The notes beneath the pieces are model-generated. The model saw nothing but the letters and a program-made list of their open reading frames with translations, was not told the DNA's origin and ran no database searches. Positions 26,039-32,000 of a DNA stretch of 32,000 nt are shown one piece after another. A program made the translations under genes and the position numbers. Source of the stretch: Oleiphilus messinensis (GTDB taxonomy: Bacteria; Pseudomonadota; Gammaproteobacteria; Pseudomonadales; Oleiphilaceae); contig NZ_CP021425.1 of NCBI RefSeq assembly GCF_002162375.1, positions 3,014,766-3,046,765 of the forward strand, read 5' to 3'. Positions within the stretch are counted from its first letter, which is position 1. Every line of letters begins with the position of its first letter.

Positions 26039-26110
26039 TGTGTCCTTTCCTCTTAATATTGAGGCCATTGCGGCACTCATTCCGAAAGAAGCTAAAAGCC
26101 TCCGACTAAA

Positions 26111-26139
26111 AGGTTAGTCACTGTTTCAGGCTTTATCAA
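26111..26139 (-). promoter_or_regulatory. Candidate sigma-70 promoter for the small membrane protein / PKS-NRPS operon
   Basis: On the minus strand, TTGATA (26139-26134), a 17-nt spacer, then TAACCT (26116-26111). This is a pattern match only. Confidence 0.25.
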
Positions 26140-26219
26140 AGAAATGAATGAGAAATAAGAGTATCAATTGAGGTTACATTAAACCGGTTTTTAAGAAGAA
26201 AATAGGTTAAAAAAACACC

Positions 26220-26248
26220 TTGATACTGGTCAAAGTTTCAACTAGTCT
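26220..26248 (+). promoter_or_regulatory. Candidate sigma-70 promoter for the DUF697-like gene
   Basis: TTGATA (26220-25), a 17-nt spacer, then TAGTCT (26243-48), about 50 nt upstream of the ATG. This is a pattern match only. Confidence 0.25.
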
Positions 26249-26298
26249 CTTCTTGAGTGCACCAAGGGCTACCGTTATTTTAAAAAACACAAAGAGAT

Positions 26299-26841
26299 AT
26301 GGGTATGACTGCGACAGCGAAAGAAGAAAATACTGAAGTACAGGATGTAGATTTAGAGCACCGTCTTGAAATGGCTCGCTCTACCTCGAAAAACTACGTT
26401 TTAGGGGCGATGGGCGTAGGCATGATTCCGATTCCGATTGTAGATTTGGCTGGCCTGACTGTGCTGCAGCTTAAAATGTTGCACAGTCTATCTAAAATGT
26501 ATGGTGTGAAGTTTTCTAAAGATATTGGCAAATCACTTATCGCATCGCTGATTGGTGGTGCCGCACCTGCGCCACTCGGGATCAGTCTTGCCAGTTTGAC
26601 TAAATCCATTCCCATTGTGGGCACGATTGTAGGCTCTGCTGGTGTCGCCGTAGTTGCAGGTGCATCAACTTATGCCTTGTCCCGTGTTTTCATTCAGCAT
26701 TTCGAGTCAGGTGGTAACTTTTTAAACTTCGACCCGGAAGCTGTGCGTGCTTTTTACGAAGATGAATTCGAAAAAGGTAAAGCATACGCTGAGAACCTGA
26801 AGAAAGATGCTGGCGCCAAAGGTGGTGCAAAGGTTGCTTAA
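26299..26841 (+). CDS. DUF697-like (YcjF-family-like) membrane protein, 180 aa
   Basis: The pattern GMIPIPIVDLAGLTVLQLKMLHSLSKMYG followed by Gly/Ala-rich hydrophobic segments matches my recollection of DUF697. The second ATG at 26305 is an alternative start. A hairpin lies downstream. Confidence 0.6.
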   Translation: MGMTATAKEENTEVQDVDLEHRLEMARSTSKNYVLGAMGVGMIPIPIVDLAGLTVLQLKMLHSLSKMYGVKFSKDIGKSLIASLIGGAAPAPLGISLASLTKSIPIVGTIVGSAGVAVVAGASTYALSRVFIQHFESGGNFLNFDPEAVRAFYEDEFEKGKAYAENLKKDAGAKGGAKVA

Positions 26842-26868
26842 AATCTGTTGATTGTTGCAGATTTGTGA

Positions 26869-26897
26869 GGTGCCCATCTATTTTCAAGATGGGCACC
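26869..26897 (+). terminator. Stem-loop downstream of the DUF697-like gene (possible terminator)
   Basis: There is a perfect 11-bp stem, GGTGCCCATCT (26869-26879) pairing with AGATGGGCACC (26887-26897), around a 7-nt loop. No T-tract follows, so intrinsic-terminator function is uncertain. Confidence 0.4.
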
Positions 26898-27113
26898 CTG
26901 CTGATTAAGTGTGTTGGTTCCAATTAAAGTAGGGTGTTTGTTAGATAGTCTTCTAGATAAATCATTTCAAGTCAGATATTTACGTCCACTCCACTATATA
27001 CTGTTCCCGCCAAGTTAAATGTATTGCTCAACTGATTATTTTATTTACCTGCACCACACTCATTCGCATACGCTGCGCAATAAGGTCTTCCTCTAATAGC
27101 ACAGGATAATTTT

Positions 27114-28088
27114 ATGTTATTGAAACCGAAATCTGTTCAAGCAACATTGCATAGCTTTGTCGCGAGTAGTCTGATTCTCAGTGCTGCAGCCGTTGGAGCT
27201 CAAGAGACTGAATCGCAGTCAAAGACCAAGGTCCTTCAGTTTGATAATGGAGATCAATTGACAGGGGTACAGCTGAGCGATGATGCACAAGGCAATATTC
27301 GTTTCCAGACGAAAGAGCTTGGCATTGTCGTAGTCAGTAAAGATAAGGCTAAAGTAATGGAGAAGCCGGTTGCCGCAAAACCACATGTATCCAAGTTGCG
27401 GGAATGGTTGGCCATACCTTCGGAGCTAACCGGGAGTTTTTCCATCGGGATAACCAACAGCTCCGGTCAATCTGACTACAGTAGCCAAACCTATATTGCT
27501 GAAGCAACCTGGACTGATCAAGACTTTGTAGTGTCCACGTTCAATCAGATAAAGGACGATGAAGCGAGTGGTCAGACACTCGCGGATCGTAAAAGTAGTG
27601 ACAACTATTTTCGCTATCATTTTAATGACCGTTTTTTTGCGCTTGCTGGCCTGCGTTACGCACAAGATGATGTTTTGCTCGTTGACGAGGAGTACGAGAT
27701 CTTTGCGGCTCCGGGCGTCTATCTCTTCCGAGAATCTGATTGTCAGATGAATGTCGCATTGGGGGCGGAGTATCTGTATCAGGAATTTTCGGCCACAGCT
27801 ATTGCGGCAGGAAGTGAAGCCGATAGTGAAGGTGCTCGATATGCAGCCTATGAAGGATTCGAATGTTCTGTTCTTCAGGCCGCAAAGTTTACGCAAAACG
27901 TCGTTTATACCATGGATGTCGATAATAGTGATGATTACCGATATCGAGCCTCCTTGGGTTTGCTTGTCCCTCTGTTGTATGACTTTTCTCTGAGTTTTAC
28001 CTACAACATTAGTTATGATAACGAGCCCAGTTTCGGAGTTGATAATAAGCAGGCAGACATGATTGTGTCTGTTGGTTATAAGTTCTGA
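27114..28088 (+). CDS. DUF481-like outer-membrane beta-barrel protein (YdiY-like), 324 aa
   Basis: It has a signal peptide (LILSAAAVGAQE). An N-terminal LQFDNGDQLTGVQL...IRFQTKELGIVVV module is followed by alternating beta-strand-like sequence (GSFSIGITNSSGQSD..., LAGLRYAQDD). The C-terminus ends in an aromatic residue (VSVGYKF), as outer-membrane barrels typically do. AGGA lies 9 nt upstream of the ATG. Confidence 0.65.
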   Translation: MLLKPKSVQATLHSFVASSLILSAAAVGAQETESQSKTKVLQFDNGDQLTGVQLSDDAQGNIRFQTKELGIVVVSKDKAKVMEKPVAAKPHVSKLREWLAIPSELTGSFSIGITNSSGQSDYSSQTYIAEATWTDQDFVVSTFNQIKDDEASGQTLADRKSSDNYFRYHFNDRFFALAGLRYAQDDVLLVDEEYEIFAAPGVYLFRESDCQMNVALGAEYLYQEFSATAIAAGSEADSEGARYAAYEGFECSVLQAAKFTQNVVYTMDVDNSDDYRYRASLGLLVPLLYDFSLSFTYNISYDNEPSFGVDNKQADMIVSVGYKF

Positions 28089-28101
28089 ATATTTTCCGAA
28101 C

Positions 28102-28129
28102 CCACGCCATTGGTGTGATGGTGGCGTGG
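28102..28129 (+). terminator. Stem-loop after the DUF481-like gene (possible terminator)
   Basis: CCACGCCA (28102-28109) pairs with TGGCGTGG (28122-28129), starting 14 nt after the stop codon. There is no T-tract. Confidence 0.3.
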
Positions 28130-28288
28130 AGTGCAGAATGCTGCTTGTCAGATATTTTTACACTGCATGTCCATTCTTAAGTCAGGCACTATAATGTCAG
28201 AATAATCAGGCCACACCTGTTTCTTGGTTGATTGATACTGTTTAAAGTATTGAATATAAACAATAAATAATCTCAATCGAAAAGACGG

Positions 28289-28322
28289 GAAACTTAATTT
28301 GAAACTCGGATGCTTAAGTTTC
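28289..28322. promoter_or_regulatory. 9-bp perfect inverted repeat, GAAACTTAA-N16-TTAAGTTTC, a candidate regulator-binding site
   Basis: The left arm is 28289-28297 and the right arm 28314-28322. A third GAAACT copy lies in the spacer at 28301-28306. The repeat is about 220-250 nt upstream of the candidate sigma-54 promoter. Confidence 0.3.
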
Positions 28323-28541
28323 AGGTATATTCAAAGTTTACTATTTCTTTAGTCCGGTCATTTTAGGATAGTGTTTTGTCAAATTCGGACTCTAGCTCAA
28401 TGAAGATCCGACTGTGACGACGAAATCTGCAAATTAATTAGTCATATGTGTCATATTTGTTTACACCTTTTTTGTACATACCCTCATATGAACTAATCCG
28501 ACCCGCTAACAAGCTTAATTTAATTAGAAAAAATTTGCTTC

Positions 28542-28557
28542 TGGTATGCATGTTGCT
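28542..28557 (+). promoter_or_regulatory. Candidate sigma-54 (RpoN) -24/-12 promoter
   Basis: TGGTAT-GCATG-TTGCT has the exact GG-N10-GC spacing of the TGGCAC-N5-TTGCW consensus. It lies 45 nt upstream of the PEP-CTERM protein ATG at 28602. Confidence 0.5.
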
Positions 28558-28601
28558 TATTCTCCGTTATTGAATACGAGGCGACTTTTGGAGTTATTAG
28601 G

Positions 28602-29375
28602 ATGTTAAAAAAAATAATCATTGCTGCGACAGGTTTTATGGCCTTGCCAGCTATGGCTGCAATGGAAACATGGAATTTCAGTCAGAATCACAGCAACGGT
28701 ACATTGTTTAACGAATACCAATTGGACGCTGGCGGTGTAACCATGAGCGCAACCGCTTGGTCAAGCTCTGACTTCGGCAACACAGTCGAAGATGCAAAGC
28801 TAGTATTTTGGGGCGATGGTCTCGGGGTGGTTAATGACCAAGAGAATGTGAATGACGTCCCCGATCACTCGACCGATAATACCGGTAATGATGGCTTTGA
28901 CATGATCCTGCTGGAATTTGAAACAGCTGTAAATCTATCTCACTTGGATCTCAGTTGGGCAACAGATGACGGTGGCACAAACAATGATGGTGCTGCAGAC
29001 ATGTCGGTTGGTGCGTTTACCGGTGCTGGAACCATGGATTTCGCTTCTGTGTCAGCTTCTAAAACCTGGCAGGAGATTGTTAATTTAGGTTGGGACACAT
29101 CCAGCTACAACAACATCAACACTTCTGGCTACCAGGCGATCAATATTGCTTCCTACTCTAAGTATTGGCTGATTGGAGCGTATAATACGGCATTCGGTGC
29201 ACTTAATCATACTTCTTTCAATGATGGTGTGAAATTGGAAGGCGTAAAAGGAACCTTCGATGATGAAATCCCACCTCCTACCGGTCAGGTACCTGAGCCA
29301 GGAAGTTTGGCTTTGTTTGCTGGCGGCCTGTTAGCACTGGTATTACGACGCCGTAGCCAGAATGCAAAAAGCTAA
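28602..29375 (+). CDS. PEP-CTERM sorting-domain protein (exosortase substrate), 257 aa
   Basis: It has an N-terminal signal peptide (MLKKIIIAATGFMALPAMAA). The C-terminus VPEPGSLALFAGGLLALVLRRRSQ shows the PEP motif, a TM helix and an Arg cluster. GGAG lies upstream of the ATG. Confidence 0.85.
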   Translation: MLKKIIIAATGFMALPAMAAMETWNFSQNHSNGTLFNEYQLDAGGVTMSATAWSSSDFGNTVEDAKLVFWGDGLGVVNDQENVNDVPDHSTDNTGNDGFDMILLEFETAVNLSHLDLSWATDDGGTNNDGAADMSVGAFTGAGTMDFASVSASKTWQEIVNLGWDTSSYNNINTSGYQAINIASYSKYWLIGAYNTAFGALNHTSFNDGVKLEGVKGTFDDEIPPPTGQVPEPGSLALFAGGLLALVLRRRSQNAKS

Positions 29376-29394
29376 TTAAATTCTCGGCTATACT

Positions 29395-29422
29395 AAAAAG
29401 CGAACTCAGGTTCGCTTTTTTT
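29395..29422 (+). terminator. Rho-independent terminator (bidirectional shape)
   Basis: AAAAAGCGAAC (29395-29405), loop TCAG, then GTTCGCTTTTT (29410-29420), with the T run extending to 29422. It starts 20 nt after the PEP-CTERM gene stop. Confidence 0.8.
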
Positions 29423-29467
29423 GTGCCTGAAAAACCTGAATTATTCCATCAGGATTCTAAAATATCT

Positions 29468-32000
29468 ATGAAATACTGTTTAATTTTTACGCTTATCATT
29501 CAGTTTGTAATCGCTACAGCTCAGGTGCACGCCGCACCCAATACAAATGAGCATTATGAAAAGGCGATTTCAACGTTTCACGCAGGTAAAACAAGCGAAG
29601 CCTATATCCATCTCAAAAACGCTTTACAGCAGGACCCAAAACATATTCCTTCTAAGCTGCTGATTGCACAGGTTATGTTTGGCAATGGTGATGTTGTGGC
29701 TGCTGGCGAAGAGTTAGAGCAAGCTCTGGCGTTGGGAGCGGATATCAATCTCGTTCTACCTTTGCTTGGCACATCTCTGATTCTGCAGAAGAAAATTCCG
29801 GAGATTCTGCAGTTTGAAAAGCGCCAGCATGAATTCAACAAAAATACCCGATTCGAATGGAAATTGCTGTTGGGGCAAATTCAGCTACTCGAACAAGAGC
29901 CGGAACTCGCCCGAAATGAGTTTGAATCGGCGCTGGCCATGTATCCGGAGAATCAACGTGCTTTGAATACACTGGCAACCGTTTACATGCGCTTTAAAGA
30001 TTATATCCGTGCTCAAGAGTTGATAGACAAGTCTTTGTTGCTTTTCCCGGATGCGGAAAAAACCTGGCATCTCAATGGTGAACTGGCGCTCAAACAAAAG
30101 CAGTTGAAGCAGGCTATCAACTATTTTCAAAAAGCTTATGCCATTGATAAGGACGATCCGAATGTGCTGCGCAGTTTGGCGTCCACTTATCTGAAAACAG
30201 GCGATCTGGAAAATGCAAAAACCTACATGGACGCCATTCTGGAACAAACTCCCAATGACCCAACGGCGATCTTAATCAACGCAGCAATGTTATTGTCCAC
30301 TGACAACAAAGAACTTGCGATGGAGTCATTGGCAAAACTAAGTGATACGCTTTCTGTTATCGACCTGCAATTACTGGAAGATGATGCACATATTCTCTTT
30401 GTCCAGGCTGCATCCGCATTTATGCAAGGTGCGGATGCGAAAGCACGGCAAATGCTCGAATTGTATCTAAGCAAGCGTGCTCAGGATATTCGTGCAGTCC
30501 GTATGCTTGCAGAATTGTATCTGAAGCGGGGAGAACAAAATAAAGCAATTGCCTTGTTAGAGAGTCGTAAGCCTTATATCGCGAGAGATTTATCTTTATC
30601 GGCTAGATTGATACAGCTGTATTTCAAAGAAAATAAACTGCTGGATGCTGAAGAGATTATCACGCAAGCCAAGCTGAATTTTCCTGACCATATTTATCTT
30701 GCGATACTCGAAGCACGGTTAATGCAGGCAAGAGGGCGTTACAGTGAAGCGCTCGTTTTTCTTGATAAATATGTCGAGGATAGTGGGCGCCAACTGAAAG
30801 ATGCGCCAATTGAGTTTTTGCTTCTAAAAGGGGAACTTGAAATCGTTCAACGGCGATTCAAGGCCGCGCTTACAACGGCAAAAATTATTGAACAGCGCTC
30901 CGAAATGTCCATTGATGCTTATAATTTCATTGCAATTGCATACTGGCGCAACGGTTTAAACAAGGCCGCAATAAAACATTTACAAAACATATTGAAAGAA
31001 GACTCAGGCAATCTTGTCGCACAATTTCATTTAGCTTCAATCTACAGCCAAACCGGGCAAATTGAAGCGGCCAGAAAGTTGTTACAAGCTATTTTGAAGA
31101 CGACCCCAAAGCATATTCCATCTCTGTTTGCGCTAGCGAAATTGGATTTTAATGAAGGAAACCTTCCGGGAGCTGGAAATTGGTTAGAGAAATTACTGGT
31201 TGTCGATCCTGGCAACAGGCAGGCAAATGAAATGACTCTGGCGATTGCAAAATCCGGACAAAATTGGTCAGAAGCACTCATCATCGCAGAGCGATTACAT
31301 AAGTCTAATACGCTTAATCCTGTGTACCTGGTCGAAAAAATCAAGATACTGAGTGCACTGAACCGTTTTGATGATACACCGGCGCCCGCAAATATTCTTT
31401 ACAGTATCTGGAGTGATTCTGCAAAGGATCTGATATTTCTGACCGACCTGATGATTCAGGCGCGACAATATGATTTTGCGGAAAAAGCAATGGAAAAGGC
31501 ATTGTATCTAGAGCCGGACTCAACAAGAGTGCTGCTGGCGTATGCTAATCTGGCGTTCGAACAAGGTAAGGTGAGCGATGCCGCCAGCCGGTTAAGTGCT
31601 CTGAACAACAAAGCGCAAAATCTTCCTGAGTTTCATGTGTTGAATGGGAAAGTCGCGGAACGCGGGGGTAATAAAGAGCTTGCTCTCAAGCACTATGGCA
31701 ATGCGCTTGATATTGATGGCCAATACAGTCAGGCCTGGATTGGTCTATATGAATTGGCAAAAACAGATACCGCCACAAACACATTCTTGAGTCGGTTGGA
31801 AAAGGAAGTCCAAAAAATCAAATCTCCGGACTGGATGAAACGCATGCTTGCAGATGCCTATGTTAATTCTCAGCAGCTAGACAAAGCAGCTCCTTTTTAC
31901 GAAAAGTTATTGCAACAAGAACGGTTCGAAAACGATATCGCGATGACGAACAATCTGGCAAACATCTATGCTCGAACGGATATTGACAAAGCTTTAGCTC
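29468..32000 (+). CDS. prsT: PrsT-like PEP-CTERM-system TPR-repeat protein, 3'-truncated by the window edge (more than 844 aa)
   Basis: This ORF is not in the supplied track. I translated frame 2 from the ATG at 29468 to the window end and met no stop codon. It has a signal peptide (MKYCLIFTLIIQFVIATAQVHA/AP). After that come continuous TPR-like repeats, for example AYIHLKNALQQDPKHIPSKLLIAQVMFGNGDVVAAGEELEQALALGADINLVLPLLG. That N-terminal pattern, the large size and the adjacency to a PEP-CTERM gene fit PrsT. The symbol is assigned from family resemblance only. Confidence 0.65.
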   Translation, partial: MKYCLIFTLIIQFVIATAQVHAAPNTNEHYEKAISTFHAGKTSEAYIHLKNALQQDPKHIPSKLLIAQVMFGNGDVVAAGEELEQALALGADINLVLPLLGTSLILQKKIPEILQFEKRQHEFNKNTRFEWKLLLGQIQLLEQEPELARNEFESALAMYPENQRALNTLATVYMRFKDYIRAQELIDKSLLLFPDAEKTWHLNGELALKQKQLKQAINYFQKAYAIDKDDPNVLRSLASTYLKTGDLENAKTYMDAILEQTPNDPTAILINAAMLLSTDNKELAMESLAKLSDTLSVIDLQLLEDDAHILFVQAASAFMQGADAKARQMLELYLSKRAQDIRAVRMLAELYLKRGEQNKAIALLESRKPYIARDLSLSARLIQLYFKENKLLDAEEIITQAKLNFPDHIYLAILEARLMQARGRYSEALVFLDKYVEDSGRQLKDAPIEFLLLKGELEIVQRRFKAALTTAKIIEQRSEMSIDAYNFIAIAYWRNGLNKAAIKHLQNILKEDSGNLVAQFHLASIYSQTGQIEAARKLLQAILKTTPKHIPSLFALAKLDFNEGNLPGAGNWLEKLLVVDPGNRQANEMTLAIAKSGQNWSEALIIAERLHKSNTLNPVYLVEKIKILSALNRFDDTPAPANILYSIWSDSAKDLIFLTDLMIQARQYDFAEKAMEKALYLEPDSTRVLLAYANLAFEQGKVSDAASRLSALNNKAQNLPEFHVLNGKVAERGGNKELALKHYGNALDIDGQYSQAWIGLYELAKTDTATNTFLSRLEKEVQKIKSPDWMKRMLADAYVNSQQLDKAAPFYEKLLQQERFENDIAMTNNLANIYARTDIDKALA

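Noticed and set aside
25850-26080. The longer 76-aa version of the small membrane protein, starting at 26080
   Set aside because: It is not excluded. However, the ATG at 26080 has no Shine-Dalgarno sequence, whereas the internal ATG at 26038 has AGGAAAGGA 4 nt upstream. The extra 14 residues (MSAAMASILRGKDT) add nothing recognisable.
26394-26923. Minus-strand ORFs 26394-26624 and 26690-26923
   Set aside because: They are antisense to the DUF697-like gene and its terminator hairpin, and no supporting signals were seen.
26930-27113. Sigma-70 or sigma-54 promoter motifs upstream of the DUF481-like gene
   Set aside because: Candidate hexamers (for example TTTACG with TATACT) have the wrong spacing of about 12 nt. 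No TGG-N8-TTGC element is present, so I could not support a call.
27254-27993. ORFs overlapping the DUF481-like gene (27426-27896 minus strand, 156 aa; 27254-27457 minus strand; 27559-27750 and 27751-27993 plus strand, out of frame)
   Set aside because: They are fully nested in the 324-aa ORF, which has a signal peptide and an outer-membrane-barrel-like C-terminus. None has an independent RBS or motif.
29602-31526. Five minus-strand ORFs (61-120 aa) listed in the track to the right of 29.6 kb
   Set aside because: They are antisense to the uninterrupted plus-strand TPR ORF starting at 29468, and their translations show no features. The plus-strand ORF explains the region.
25813-32000. A base-composition step at the cluster boundary as evidence for horizontal acquisition
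   Set aside because: Spot counts of individual 60-nt lines ranged from about 43% to 55% GC inside the cluster and were about 43% in the TPR gene. That is too noisy and overlapping to support a claim without a proper sliding-window or codon-usage calculation.
1-32000. CRISPR arrays, tRNA or rRNA genes, IS elements, integrases and terminal inverted repeats
   Set aside because: I found no regularly spaced direct repeats, no cloverleaf-like or rRNA-like segments in the short intergenic regions, and no transposase- or integrase-like ORFs. The only repeats are the in-frame coding micro-repeats and the short inverted repeats reported above.

Overview
About 26 kb of this window (1-25812, minus strand) is a co-directional hybrid PKS/NRPS biosynthetic gene cluster of four genes and five modules. 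In transcription order the genes are: (i) a 3780-aa megasynthase, FAAL-ACP-KS-AT-DH-KR-ACP-C-A(Gln-like code)-PCP; (ii) a 1582-aa PKS, KS-AT-KR-ACP; (iii) a 1207-aa NRPS, docking domain-C-A-PCP; (iv) a 1999-aa PKS, KS-AT-KR-ACP, in which a SAM methyltransferase sits inside the KR Rossmann fold. I saw no thioesterase, reductase, PPTase or MbtH gene. The last PKS ends at nt 1-3 with a docking-type tail, so the assembly line probably continues left of the window. The right 6 kb is an unrelated cell-envelope neighbourhood. It holds a small membrane protein gene directly upstream of the cluster, a DUF697-like membrane protein, a DUF481-like outer-membrane barrel, a PEP-CTERM protein behind a sigma-54-type promoter, and a long PrsT-like TPR protein. 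That TPR ORF runs off the right edge and is missing from the supplied ORF track. No tRNA, rRNA, CRISPR array or IS/transposase was seen. The gene content suggests a Gram-negative, possibly marine gammaproteobacterial, host, but this is a weak inference. All domain calls come from motifs read by eye in the translations, so domain coordinates are approximate (about +/-30 nt). No database search was run.
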